From: an uncultured Gammaproteobacteria bacterium
GTDB lineage: Bacteria > Patescibacteriota > Patescibacteriia > SBBC01 > CAIJZX01
Assembly: GCA_964397195.1 (NCBI GenBank)
Contig: CAYNGY010000004.1
Location: 1,923-65,922 of the forward strand
Length of the DNA: 64,000 nt
Direction: 5' to 3'
Shown here: one piece after another, positions 30,881-40,521 of the stretch
Layout of the letters: each line of letters starts with the position of its first letter
Numbering within the stretch: position 1 is the stretch's first letter
Made by a program: the position numbers and the translations under genes
Notes under the pieces: generated by a model
Database searches by the model: none
The model's input: only the letters and a program-made list of their open reading frames with translations
Told to the model about the DNA's origin: nothing

Positions 30881-33120
30881 GAACGCTCAACGACTCGCAT
30901 TGATGCTAAGGTCGTGATAACTTTTTTCATCGCCCGATCAACCTCGTCTTTCGTCAGGGTGCGAGATGCATCTTGAAAAACCAAGCGTAAGGTCATTCCG
31001 CGTTGTCCGGCGTCGCGAATCGCATCAATCGCCGTCACATCGGCCAATGACGCTATTTGGGCCTGCAATAATCGTTCACGAGCCGCCCGGAAAGTCAGAT
31101 CCGCCGGCATCGTGACCGCAACATCGCGAATAATGTCCGGGTGCTCTGACGGCGGGATAAACACCCGTGGTCGCCGCGATGTCAGAATCTCCCGACAGCC
31201 TATTTCAGCCCAAGCGAGTCGGCGTCCTTTATTTTCCATGGTCAGAATCTGCGGCACGGCATTCGTCCCCATAGCCGTCATGAATTCATGAACGACCCCT
31301 AAGATAGCCCATTCCGGAGCGAGCGTCGGCGATTCTTTGCGTGCCACCCCGATCATCACTTTCCAGGGCTGGCGCGTTTCAACGTCGCCCTGTCCAGACT
31401 CAAAAACGCGACCGACTTCGAACAGATACGCATCCTCCCCCGCATCAGACGCGCGCACCAGTGCGTTACGCATCGCCGGCCCCAGACTTCGTCGCAAGAA
31501 TTGCTGGGTTTTATCGAGTGGATTCGCCACGGTTACATGATCGCCGCCAACACTGGACGCATCCGCGTGACTGTAGTAGGAATGGGTAATCATTTCGGAA
31601 AAACCCATCGCCGCTAACGTGTCACGAATATCGTCGCCAAGGTGCACGATTGCGGGCAACGCCTCCGGTACCGACGCGACCGACGGCATCACTCGCACTA
31701 CACCCGCATACCCAACCACTTTCCCAATATCATCGAGAATATCCTCTGGACCGCGAACATCAATTCGCCAAGCCGGCACCTTGAGTCGCCACGTTTTCCC
31801 CGTCGCTGCTGTCGTGAAGCCAAGCTGTTGCAGGATTCGCTTCGCCCGCGGGAGTGGTACCGATACGCCAAGGCGCGGCAACCACACCGCCGTATCAAAC
31901 GGTACCGATGCGGTCGATACTTTTTGTTTTCCGACCACGGTCAGGGCCCCAATGGTCACCCGCGAATCAAGCGTGACCATTAAGGCCGCCGTCGCCTCAC
32001 TCACTTCCGTTGGCAAACTTGACCAGAGTCCCCGCTCAAAACGCTTCGATGACTCACTGCCCAGACCAAGCCGACGCGCCGTTCGACGAATCGAGATCGG
32101 ATCAAATATCGCCGCCTCGAGAATGACATCGGTCGTTGTTTCCGTCACTTCGGCTCGCTGGCCACCCATCACTCCCGCAATCGCCACCGGTCCCTGGTCA
32201 TCGGCAATCACCAGCGTCTCCGGCGTCAGCAATCGATCGACACTATCAATCGTCACGATGTGTTCACCCGTCTGCGCCAGCCTGACTACGAGGCTCCCGA
32301 CCACCTTGGCCGCATCAAAGGCATGGAGCGGCTGACCGTACTCAAGCATCATATAATTCGTCACATCAACCATGACGTGAATTGGACGCATCCCCATTGC
32401 CTGGAGTCGTTTCTGCATCCAGAGCGGTGATTGACCGTGCGGGATATTCCGAATATACCGCGCTGTGTACTGCGGACAACCGGCGGAGGTTTTTACCGAC
32501 ACCCGCGGACCTTTTTCCCGGCTGGCCGCCCGGACCTTCTTTACCACTGGTATCACCAGCTGCCGATCAAGAATAGCGCTCGTCTCGCGTGCTAGTCCGC
32601 GAACAGACAGCAGATCGGCTCGATTTGATGGGACCGCGATTTCCATCACCACATCATCAAAACCCATGACGGTCGCAAAGTCGGCACCAACCGGTGCGTC
32701 CGGCGCAAGCACAAGTATACCGGAGTGATCCGAACCGAGGCCTAATTCATCAAGCGCACAGAGCATGCCGTTCGACACCACCCCACGAATCGGACGCGAG
32801 GCAATCGTCACGCCGTTCGGCAGTGTCGTGCCGAGTGTCGCCACCGCCACGCGTTGCCCAATCGCGATGTTCGGCGCACCGCACACAATTTCTTCCGGTT
32901 GACCGGCGGGACGGAGCCGGACCATGGCCAATCGTAATTTATCCGCCTGCGGGTGCGGTCGAATCGCAGTAATCTCTCCGACCACAACCCCATCGAATGC
33001 GTGACGACGATCCTCAATATTCTCCACTTCCAATCCATGCATCGTCAATAACTCCGGCAGCGCTTCCGCGGTCGGAAGTTTCGGGATATACGATCGTAAC
33101 CAAGAATAGGAGAGTCGCAT
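30877..33120 (-). CDS. pheT: phenylalanine--tRNA ligase beta subunit
   Basis: HPQADKL, IVCGAPN, SNRADLLS.RG.ARE, DVTNY..LEYGQPLHAFD, RFERG, RDVAV. Confidence 0.96.
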   Translation of the reverse strand: MRLSYSWLRSYIPKLPTAEALPELLTMHGLEVENIEDRRHAFDGVVVGEITAIRPHPQADKLRLAMVRLRPAGQPEEIVCGAPNIAIGQRVAVATLGTTLPNGVTIASRPIRGVVSNGMLCALDELGLGSDHSGILVLAPDAPVGADFATVMGFDDVVMEIAVPSNRADLLSVRGLARETSAILDRQLVIPVVKKVRAASREKGPRVSVKTSAGCPQYTARYIRNIPHGQSPLWMQKRLQAMGMRPIHVMVDVTNYMMLEYGQPLHAFDAAKVVGSLVVRLAQTGEHIVTIDSVDRLLTPETLVIADDQGPVAIAGVMGGQRAEVTETTTDVILEAAIFDPISIRRTARRLGLGSESSKRFERGLWSSLPTEVSEATAALMVTLDSRVTIGALTVVGKQKVSTASVPFDTAVWLPRLGVSVPLPRAKRILQQLGFTTAATGKTWRLKVPAWRIDVRGPEDILDDIGKVVGYAGVVRVMPSVASVPEALPAIVHLGDDIRDTLAAMGFSEMITHSYYSHADASSVGGDHVTVANPLDKTQQFLRRSLGPAMRNALVRASDAGEDAYLFEVGRVFESGQGDVETRQPWKVMIGVARKESPTLAPEWAILGVVHEFMTAMGTNAVPQILTMENKGRRLAWAEIGCREILTSRRPRVFIPPSEHPDIIRDVAVTMPADLTFRAARERLLQAQIASLADVTAIDAIRDAGQRGMTLRLVFQDASRTLTKDEVDRAMKKVITTLASMRVVERS

Positions 33121-33121
33121 A

Positions 33122-34123
33122 TTAGAATCGTTGGATCAAACGCGGATCACCGCCATAAAAGACCCGGACATCGTGAACACCGTATTCCAGCATCGCCAAC
33201 CGATCGAGTCCCATACCAAAGGCAAAACCTTGCCAGTGCGACGGCGAGCGCCCCATCGCTTTGATCACGTTCGGATGAACCAAGCCAGCACCCAAAAGTT
33301 CCATCCATCGCGGTTTCTGACCCGGCGCTTCGTACCACACATCCAATTCCATCCCCGGCTCAACGAATGGAAAAAAGCTTGGCCGGACTCGGGTTCGGGC
33401 CGTCGGGAAAAGGCGATGAATGAATAATTCCAACGTCGCAATCAGGTGCCCCATCGTCACCTGATGGTCAACAAAAACTCCATCACATTGCATAAACATG
33501 GATTCGTGGGTCGCATCCGTCGCTTCGTTCCGATATACCTTCCCGATTTCGACATACCGCACCGGCGCATCCGACGGCGCGTGATGCTTGAGAGCACGAA
33601 GTTGCACGGTCGACGAGTGGGTTCGCAAAACGAGGCGCGGTTCGTTTTTGATAAAAAACGTATCTTGAATATCACGAGCCGGATGGTCCTTTGGTACGTT
33701 CAGTCCATCAAAGTTATACCATTCGTCCTCAAGTTCCGGGCCGTCGTGGACGGCGTAGCCGAGACTTTGCCAAATCATGCGCACCCGACGGGCGTAGGCC
33801 GTCAACGGATGGAGTCGGCCCCGCTTCCACGGCGCGCCCGGGAGCGTCAGGTCAAACTGCATGTCCGGTGTATGGATCGCCCGGCGATGTGTCTCAATCG
33901 CTTGGGTCAGCGTTCGTTTCGCCGCGTTTAATCGGTCCCCGGCTACCCGCCTAATCGACGGCGGCAATTCGCTTAATCCAGAAAATCGTGCGTTCAAAAG
34001 ACCGTTGCGCCCGAGGTACTTCGTCGACAATCCTTCAATGTCAGCCAAGCTGGTAGTCGCATGAACCGCCTGCAAGGCCGATTGTAATTCCGCATCAAGA
34101 CCGAGGAGTGGATCGTTACTCAT
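33122..34123 (-). CDS. pheS: phenylalanine--tRNA ligase alpha subunit
   Basis: HPARDIQDTF, LRTHSS, RPSFFPFVEP, GFAFGMGLDRL. Confidence 0.97.
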   Translation of the reverse strand: MSNDPLLGLDAELQSALQAVHATTSLADIEGLSTKYLGRNGLLNARFSGLSELPPSIRRVAGDRLNAAKRTLTQAIETHRRAIHTPDMQFDLTLPGAPWKRGRLHPLTAYARRVRMIWQSLGYAVHDGPELEDEWYNFDGLNVPKDHPARDIQDTFFIKNEPRLVLRTHSSTVQLRALKHHAPSDAPVRYVEIGKVYRNEATDATHESMFMQCDGVFVDHQVTMGHLIATLELFIHRLFPTARTRVRPSFFPFVEPGMELDVWYEAPGQKPRWMELLGAGLVHPNVIKAMGRSPSHWQGFAFGMGLDRLAMLEYGVHDVRVFYGGDPRLIQRF

Positions 34124-34529
34124 GGGACATCACGTATGAATGTTCTGACTGGTGACGCGCTTGACCGGCCTGGAAGAACGCTTCAATTCCTACCGCCACC
34201 ACAAATGCCAAACCACCGGTCCAGACGCTCAGTAAACTGCCTGCCTGGAGTCCCAAAAAAACAACTGTCAACGTGCTGAGATTCACCGCCTGCCGAGCGG
34301 CCACGGCCATTTGGCGGTACGGAATCGTCTGACGCTCAAAAAGATGGCGCGCGAGGAAACCAATAATCGTCGCCGTCCCGAGGATCGCCAACCACAGACT
34401 CGAAAAAAAGAGGGTCGGGGCGATGCCACGGCTCGATTCCGGGTTGATTTGCCATAGCACCACAACCCACGTACCCCAGGACAATGCGGTGCCAATAGCG
34501 CTGAGCACAAGAAATCGAACAACCGTCAT
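34116..34529 (-). CDS. 4-TM hypothetical membrane protein
   Basis: Four hydrophobic segments. TTGCCG-17-TATAAT-8-ATG. Confidence 0.8.
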   Translation of the reverse strand: MTVVRFLVLSAIGTALSWGTWVVVLWQINPESSRGIAPTLFFSSLWLAILGTATIIGFLARHLFERQTIPYRQMAVAARQAVNLSTLTVVFLGLQAGSLLSVWTGGLAFVVAVGIEAFFQAGQARHQSEHSYVMSHE

Positions 34530-34621
34530 ACCGCATGATTATACTGATTTTTCCAGCAATCGGCAACATGCCGACCGACCTTGACGACGGCGTCCTGTTT
34601 CGGCAGGATACGTTCATCACA

Positions 34622-34754
34622 GGCAGCAGGGTGTCCGAACGGTATGGACTGGTCTCAGCCCCCAGAACCCAGAGGAGAGGAGGAAGCCGATGGACTCCTT
34701 GATCGGCATCCAAGAGTGCCTCTGGTTGCGGGTTCGAATCCCGCCCCTGCTGCC
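34622..34754 (+). ncRNA. tRNA-like RNA with expanded anticodon/variable region
   Basis: GGCAGCAGGG/CCCTGCTGCC closing stem, D arm TCCG-AACGGTA-TGGA, T arm GCGGG-TTCGAAT-CCCGC. No canonical anticodon arm and no encoded CCA. Confidence 0.8.
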
Positions 34755-34785
34755 GAAATCGCACATCGCACGCTTCACCCTACCT

Positions 34786-34853
34786 GTGCCGGCCCGGAAC
34801 CGTCTCGGTCGGGAAGTTCCGAGGGGCCCCGAGTCGCGTCTCTGGGCCGGCAC
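34786..34853 (+). ncRNA. GC-rich rod hairpin, probably co-transcribed with the tRNA-like RNA
   Basis: GTGCCGGCCC/GGGCCGGCAC with inner CTCGG/CCGAG. Confidence 0.5.
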
Positions 34854-34860
34854 CTTCCGT

Positions 34861-34900
34861 GGGCCATGTTCGTTGCTGAACGTGGCTCGCTTTTTTTATT
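34861..34900 (+). terminator. intrinsic terminator of ncRNA unit
   Basis: GGGCCATGTTC-GTTGCT-GAACGTGGCTC then GCTTTTTTTATT. Confidence 0.8.
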
Positions 34901-34975
34901 CCGTAAAAATCCTAGCAAACACCGGCCCATGCAAACGAAACTGAAAAAATGCTGAACGAGTTATCAACACCCAAC

Positions 34976-35211
34976 AACCGTTTGGTTTTTCCTCCGAGCG
35001 TAACAGTTAACGACTCAATTCGGCGGCGAGTGATAGCGAGCCGTACCGAGACAAGAGCGGTCGGTCGGACAGCGCAGACGTCAAACTTGCTTTGCGGCTC
35101 GCGATGCCCGACCGACACACAAGAGGGAAAAGGAGGCAGCGAAGCCCCGCTCCGTCCGGAGCGATGGGCGTCAGCGTCGGAAGGAAAAACCGTCTGGTTT
35201 TTCCTCCGAGC
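34976..35211. repeat. non-coding hairpin-rich element bounded by 24-bp direct repeats
   Basis: AACCGTyTGGTTTTTCCTCCGAGC at 34976-34999 and 35188-35211 (23/24 identical), internal GTCGGTCGG/CCGACCGAC. Confidence 0.75.
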
Positions 35212-38144
35212 TACACCGCCCGAAATTCGCAGATGTCCTTGAAGTCGCAGTACTTACAAATCATCTCATTCGGGGTCGGTCGGAAGTCGCCACGCTGAAT
35301 ACCAGCCACCGTATCGCGAACCCAATCAAGTGCCCCGGCCGCGTCTTTCTCGCTCGGCGTCATCGTCCGCGATTCATTTTCATCAATGAAGTAATACTCG
35401 AGCTCCTGGACATCACCGTCAAGGATGTGCGGATCTTTCACTGCCAGGGTATATATCAATAACTGGTATTTGTCGTCACGTTCAAACTTCTCTTTTACCT
35501 TTCCTGTTTTGTAATCCACAATCTTGACCAACGGTTTTTTTGTATGCGCGTCCACTCCAATCTGATCAATCCGATCAATCGCGCCGGTAATCACAAACTC
35601 ATCGATCTTCAAATTGAACACCTGTTCTAACCGCAAAACGTTCGGCCGGGCACTGATGGTCTTTTCATACCACCCTTCGAGCGCCGCCTTCCCTTTCACG
35701 TAGTATTCCTGTCGCTGTTTCTTTGACTGATACCACTCGTCAATGAACGACTGCTCGTACATGGTTAAGAGCTCCGGCAGTGTTACATCCTTTCCGCCAT
35801 CCGCCTGGCGGGCTTTCTGGAGGGAAAAGAAGTTAAAAAGCGTTTTATGAATCGATGATCCATATGATAACGCATGACTCCCTTTTTTCGGAATCTGGAG
35901 TACGAAGGCGTAGCGGTATTTCCAAGGACAATCATTATACGTCGACAGTTTCGTGAAGCTAAAAGACTTTTCACGCGTCAGGTACGCCGCGACTTCCTGT
36001 TTCTCCACCGCGGTCGGAATAAAATCACGTATCGGCAACGGCGGTTTCTTCTCGGCCGCGACCGGTGGCGCCAACAGTTGTAACTCGTACATGAATGGAG
36101 ACGGTTTTTTACGCCGCGTCCCGCCGTAATCTTCGGCCAACGTGAAAAATACACCATCACGCGCCCGGGTAATCGCCACGTACATCAACCGCCGCTCTTC
36201 TTGGACATGCGCATCGCCGCTCGGTAAGTGCTCACGAATGAGCGCGTCGGGCACCGGGATCGCATCCGCCCGATTCATTCCCGGGAATCGCTGTTCAACA
36301 ACATTACCGATAAAAACATACGGAAACTCCAAGCCCTTGGCTGAGTGAATGGTCATGATCTTGATCGTTTCCGGCCCGCTCTCAAGATCACGCTCGAGGG
36401 CTCCCGCATCACCGGAGTCAGTGACATGGTCGATGTATTGGAGAAAGGCCCGAACGGTAGCTGGACGTTCGCCGTGCTGAAATGTTTCGATTGCTTTGAA
36501 AAACTGCCTGAGGTACGAGGCGTTCTGATGCGTCTGCGCCGACTCATCTTTCGTCATTGTCTTGAGATATCCCGAGTCATTCAAAAACTGAAGCGCCACC
36601 TCGCCAACCGGCTTTGATTGTGCCGACTGGGCGTGCTGGTGTATACCGTCAAGCAATCGGGCTACCCCGGCGCGCACCGCGTCCGTTACTGTCAGATCAT
36701 CAAGGTGTTGGAGTTGCTCGAAGAGTGACCGCGTTTTCTTTTTGGCCATATGGCTCAACTCGATAACAGCATCATGATCGATCCCCCAGATCGGCATGGC
36801 AACCACACGGTACATCGCCGCCGCTTCATGGTAATTGTCGAGCAGTCGCAGGTAGGCCAAAATATCAAGCACCACCGGCTTCGTAAAGAGTCCGCGGGCG
36901 GCGAAAAAGGTGTACGGGAATCCGCGTCGCTCAAACTCCTGTAGAAAAATCTGGGCGTGGTCATTGGCACGGACCAAGACGCAAAAGGCATCCCACTTCA
37001 CCTCGGGATTTTGTGCCCGAATAGCCTCGATTTTTTCCGCCACCGCTCGCGCCTCGGCTTCCTGCGTTTCCTGATGGAAGACCTGGATTTCACCGGCGCC
37101 TAGACGCTGGGCCTGGAGTTGTTTTGAAATCTGGAGCCCACCGAGATCGCTCACTTTCGCTTCCAAGCGGTCTGGATTATTTTGCTGGATAAAATGGTAG
37201 GCGGCATCCAAAATTGATTGCTTCGTCCGATAGTTCTTGGTCAGGACCACCACTTCCGCCTCCGGAAAATCTTTCTTAAACGCTAAAATATTCGAGACCG
37301 ACGCCCCACGAAATTTATAGATCGACTGGTCATCATCACCCACGACCGTCAGATTATTGCGCGGCGCCGCCAGACGCTTAATCAACTCAAACTGCGCCCA
37401 GTTGGTATCCTGAAACTCGTCGACCAAAACATATTGGAATTGCTGTTGATACTGTTTGAGAATTGCCGGGCGTTCACGCAGAAGCCGCAGTGTATAGAGA
37501 ATCAGATCGCCGAAATCAAGGGCGTTATTATCGAGCAAGAGCTGATTATAGGTCGCATAGGCTCTCGCCAGCTCCATAATCCGATCCGCCTCAGCTCGAT
37601 CTTCCTCGCTCTTCTTCGTTTTTCCTTTACCAAGCTTCTTGGCGTGGTCGAGATACTCTACCGGCGAAATATCCTCGTCTTTCAGGCGCGAAAAATGCTT
37701 GACTAGGGCCGAGATAAACTTCGTCGGGTTCCCCAATGGTCGGTAATAATCAAGTTCGAACTCGTCGAGGTGCTCACGAATCAACAGCCACTGATCGGTC
37801 TGCGACAGCAACCGAAAATCATTCGACAGGCCGATATCAAGCGCGTGACGTTCAAGGAGTCGCTGACCGAAGCCATGGAACGTCATCACCCATAAATCAA
37901 CATATCCATACGGTAAAATTTTCTCGACCCGCTCCTGCATTTCCCCGGCCGCTTTGTCGGTAAAGGTTAAGGCCAGGATGTTGTCCGATGGAATCTGTTC
38001 GTGCATGATCAGGTGGGCGATGCGCTCCGTTACGACCGTCGTTTTTCCGGTGCCCGCGCCCGCCACAATCAATAATGGGCCTTGGCCATGCTGGATGGCG
38101 GCGCGTTGTTCGGTATTGACGGTGTCCGGAATTTGGCCTGGCAT
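35211..38144 (-). CDS. UvrD/PcrA-family helicase fused to C-terminal PD-(D/E)XK nuclease (AdnAB/RecB-like)
   Basis: AGAGTGKT, VDEFQD, VGDDDQSIY.FRGA, TIHSAKGLEF, EERRL.YVA.TRA, then GAIDRID..IVDYKTG..QL..Y and C..CKYC..C. Confidence 0.93.
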   Translation of the reverse strand: MPGQIPDTVNTEQRAAIQHGQGPLLIVAGAGTGKTTVVTERIAHLIMHEQIPSDNILALTFTDKAAGEMQERVEKILPYGYVDLWVMTFHGFGQRLLERHALDIGLSNDFRLLSQTDQWLLIREHLDEFELDYYRPLGNPTKFISALVKHFSRLKDEDISPVEYLDHAKKLGKGKTKKSEEDRAEADRIMELARAYATYNQLLLDNNALDFGDLILYTLRLLRERPAILKQYQQQFQYVLVDEFQDTNWAQFELIKRLAAPRNNLTVVGDDDQSIYKFRGASVSNILAFKKDFPEAEVVVLTKNYRTKQSILDAAYHFIQQNNPDRLEAKVSDLGGLQISKQLQAQRLGAGEIQVFHQETQEAEARAVAEKIEAIRAQNPEVKWDAFCVLVRANDHAQIFLQEFERRGFPYTFFAARGLFTKPVVLDILAYLRLLDNYHEAAAMYRVVAMPIWGIDHDAVIELSHMAKKKTRSLFEQLQHLDDLTVTDAVRAGVARLLDGIHQHAQSAQSKPVGEVALQFLNDSGYLKTMTKDESAQTHQNASYLRQFFKAIETFQHGERPATVRAFLQYIDHVTDSGDAGALERDLESGPETIKIMTIHSAKGLEFPYVFIGNVVEQRFPGMNRADAIPVPDALIREHLPSGDAHVQEERRLMYVAITRARDGVFFTLAEDYGGTRRKKPSPFMYELQLLAPPVAAEKKPPLPIRDFIPTAVEKQEVAAYLTREKSFSFTKLSTYNDCPWKYRYAFVLQIPKKGSHALSYGSSIHKTLFNFFSLQKARQADGGKDVTLPELLTMYEQSFIDEWYQSKKQRQEYYVKGKAALEGWYEKTISARPNVLRLEQVFNLKIDEFVITGAIDRIDQIGVDAHTKKPLVKIVDYKTGKVKEKFERDDKYQLLIYTLAVKDPHILDGDVQELEYYFIDENESRTMTPSEKDAAGALDWVRDTVAGIQRGDFRPTPNEMICKYCDFKDICEFRAV

Positions 38145-38150
38145 GGAATA

Positions 38151-38765
38151 TTATCCTCGCTGTTGGCTAATCATAATTGCTCTCCCAGTGTATCCACCTA
38201 TAAACTCCTTAATGGGAATTGGACGCGCCACCCAGTTTTGTTCCTCGATCTTTGATGTGTGATGGAGATAGAGGTGCGTCACAACCCCATGATCGAATCT
38301 GTACCCAACCACCACCGCCAGATGACCACCATATTTTTTCCAAAAAAAGAGTTGCTCTTTGAGCGTCTTCGTATTCTGCAAAGCCCATTTAATCGAAACG
38401 ATGGGGAGTCGATTTTGATCAATCGCCGCACGGAGTTCCTCCACACCAACAGGCTTCGCCGCCGCCAAGCATCCGTATTCGGTAGCAATGGCACATAATC
38501 CCTGATGACTCCAGCCATGCTGGTCGGTATACGCATGAAGTCGAAGGCCTGTCTGCAGGAGATCCTGAAACAACACATCGCGATGGAGCAAGAATTCAAA
38601 TGTCATTTGTAGGCACAAAATCCCACAACACGACTTCTGCCAATATTCGGCATCGTCCCGACTCGTAAAACCTAGCCGTGACCACACATCAAGATCCCAG
38701 TGCTGAGTATGGAACGGCACTGACAGCACCCGTTCTGGGACAGGCTCGGTTGTTGGCATTGTCAT
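38151..38765 (-). CDS. C39-like cysteine peptidase
   Basis: LSVPFHTQ, SCCGILCLQM, GGHLAVVVGY. Confidence 0.8.
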   Translation of the reverse strand: MTMPTTEPVPERVLSVPFHTQHWDLDVWSRLGFTSRDDAEYWQKSCCGILCLQMTFEFLLHRDVLFQDLLQTGLRLHAYTDQHGWSHQGLCAIATEYGCLAAAKPVGVEELRAAIDQNRLPIVSIKWALQNTKTLKEQLFFWKKYGGHLAVVVGYRFDHGVVTHLYLHHTSKIEEQNWVARPIPIKEFIGGYTGRAIMISQQRG

Positions 38766-38772
38766 GACCAGC

Positions 38773-39366
38773 CTATTCTAGCACAGCCAGACCCCGGAGT
38801 AACCCGCCGACTCGTTCCTCAGCATCAAGCTCTTGTATCCGCAGAGCGATATAGCCTCGATCCACCGTTGGGTGATGTTTCAGAAAGTCCTTAATGTCCT
38901 GTACATCAAATTTTCCGAACGAATCGTCCCGCTGCAAAAGCGCTTTCGCTAGAATTACATCTTCGGGCGCGAGCAACCAGATATCCTGATCTTCATATTG
39001 CACAGCCTGTCGATGAGCGATTTGGAGCGGCGTCAACGACAGCGGATATGTCTTCCCCGCGACCGTCAGGACGAGATGACTGGTCAGTTGAATATCATAG
39101 TCGCCAAGTGGGTGTGAGTTTCGGACCGTCTCAATCGCCGACCGATAGGGCACAGACGCGATCCCAAATAACTGATCAATCCGATCGTGGTCTTCGTCGC
39201 GAACAAAGAGATCAAGATCGCCGGGTTGACGGGCATTCCCATGCACGAAAAAACAGGCACTACCACTGAGCGCCCATGGTATTCCGGCCTCATGTAACTG
39301 GGCTACGACCGTTACAAACGAAGGGAAGAGTTGGTCAAGTAGGTGGAGACGCTGGGTATCAATCAT
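38773..39366 (-). CDS. nucleotidyltransferase-fold protein
   Basis: WALSGSAC...GDLDLFV, PEDVILAK, K...DI. Confidence 0.75.
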   Translation of the reverse strand: MIDTQRLHLLDQLFPSFVTVVAQLHEAGIPWALSGSACFFVHGNARQPGDLDLFVRDEDHDRIDQLFGIASVPYRSAIETVRNSHPLGDYDIQLTSHLVLTVAGKTYPLSLTPLQIAHRQAVQYEDQDIWLLAPEDVILAKALLQRDDSFGKFDVQDIKDFLKHHPTVDRGYIALRIQELDAEERVGGLLRGLAVLE

Positions 39367-39498
39367 GTCCGTAGTATACCCTACCTAGGCCACCCTACAG
39401 AAGGTGCCCTGGATCTCAGCGTCCCTCTGACCTCAAACCGGTTTCTTTCCACGACAACAATGCCCGCCATATCAGCGAGTCGCAACATAAACACTTCC

Positions 39499-40452
39499 TC
39501 AGGTCCGCGCCGCCGGTTTTCGGGCGATTACGTTAAAATGCCAGTTCAACAGATGGAGTCCCGGCACCATTCTGAGCACCTCATCAATCCGTGATAAGAC
39601 ATGGTCCATCGTTCGCCATGTCGCCAACGGTTTATGTCGCAGGCGACCGAGAAAACGCGTCAACTGTTCATTGACCGAACCGAGGTATTTAATCCGTCGA
39701 ACATCTTCAATCTGAAGTCCCGCCGTGGCAAATGTGGTTCGAATTAACGGTAGTGTATACCCTTCGGTCGTGTCATCGGCCACCGAGTTATGTTGCCGGT
39801 CGCGATTGGCGCGAATGAAGTTCTTCAACGGACGCAACCAGCGATACATGGTTCGATATGGCCACTGCGCCGGCTCAATTCCCCAGATCACGAGGCCACC
39901 GGGTTTGACGACACGAGCAAATTCTTGTAAGGCGGCGGCTTGATTCGGAAGATGGTGAAATGAGGCGGCAATAAAGGCGGCGTCGAAACTGTTATCGGCA
40001 AACGGCATGTGCTCCGCGTCAGCGACAGCAAACCGCATGTGCTCACCAAGCGGTGTGCCCGAAGCTAACCATCGCGACTTCGCCACTGAGACCGGAGAAA
40101 TATCGAATGAGGTTACGAATTTATTGGCCGCGGCAATTTCAATTCCATCAGCCCGCGTCCCGCAGGCCACTTCCAGCACGGCGGCACCATCTGGCAGTTG
40201 CCGCATTGGGTTTAGGAAGTGCCAGTGAAATGACGAGTTCCGTCCGCGTAACGACCGCGGCGGCGCCGTCCGTGAGATCTCATCGTGAAAAGCCTGCTCC
40301 TCACCTTTAAACGCATCCAAACCTGAGGCGATCAAGATGGGCAAGCCGTCCTGAACAGGATACATCTTTCCACAACCGGTACACACCCACATCTCGCCGT
40401 CCTGACGGATCGGTTGGTGGCAGGCGGGACAGGCAAATGATGGATGACTCAT
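39499..40452 (-). CDS. SAM-dependent methyltransferase with N-terminal Trm112-like Zn domain
   Basis: ACPAC..CTGC..YPVQDGLPIL, VLEVACG, DAEHMPFADNSFD, RVVKPGG. Confidence 0.88.
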   Translation of the reverse strand: MSHPSFACPACHQPIRQDGEMWVCTGCGKMYPVQDGLPILIASGLDAFKGEEQAFHDEISRTAPPRSLRGRNSSFHWHFLNPMRQLPDGAAVLEVACGTRADGIEIAAANKFVTSFDISPVSVAKSRWLASGTPLGEHMRFAVADAEHMPFADNSFDAAFIAASFHHLPNQAAALQEFARVVKPGGLVIWGIEPAQWPYRTMYRWLRPLKNFIRANRDRQHNSVADDTTEGYTLPLIRTTFATAGLQIEDVRRIKYLGSVNEQLTRFLGRLRHKPLATWRTMDHVLSRIDEVLRMVPGLHLLNWHFNVIARKPAART

Positions 40453-40521
40453 GATCGTGAAGAAAGTGGAGTGAACGTAATCGAGGACTGCACCGTACCA
40501 CTCGCCCTATCCGGCGTCAAT

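Noticed and set aside
34622-34754. Calling the element tRNA-Sec (TCA in loop) or tmRNA
   Set aside because: The loop is not CUUCAAA, the arm geometry differs, no sel genes are in the window, there is no G3-U70, and it is far shorter than tmRNA.
34786-34853. SRP 4.5S or 6S RNA
   Set aside because: No CAGG/GNRA/AGCAG domain IV on either strand, and too short for 6S.
34690-34944. 84-aa ORF after the SD inside the tRNA-like RNA
   Set aside because: It runs through the T arm, hairpin and terminator with no protein-like features. Only the SD-AUG is reported.
34961-34969. DnaA-box-like TTATCAACA suggesting oriC
   Set aside because: A single mismatched box, with no cluster and no dnaA nearby.
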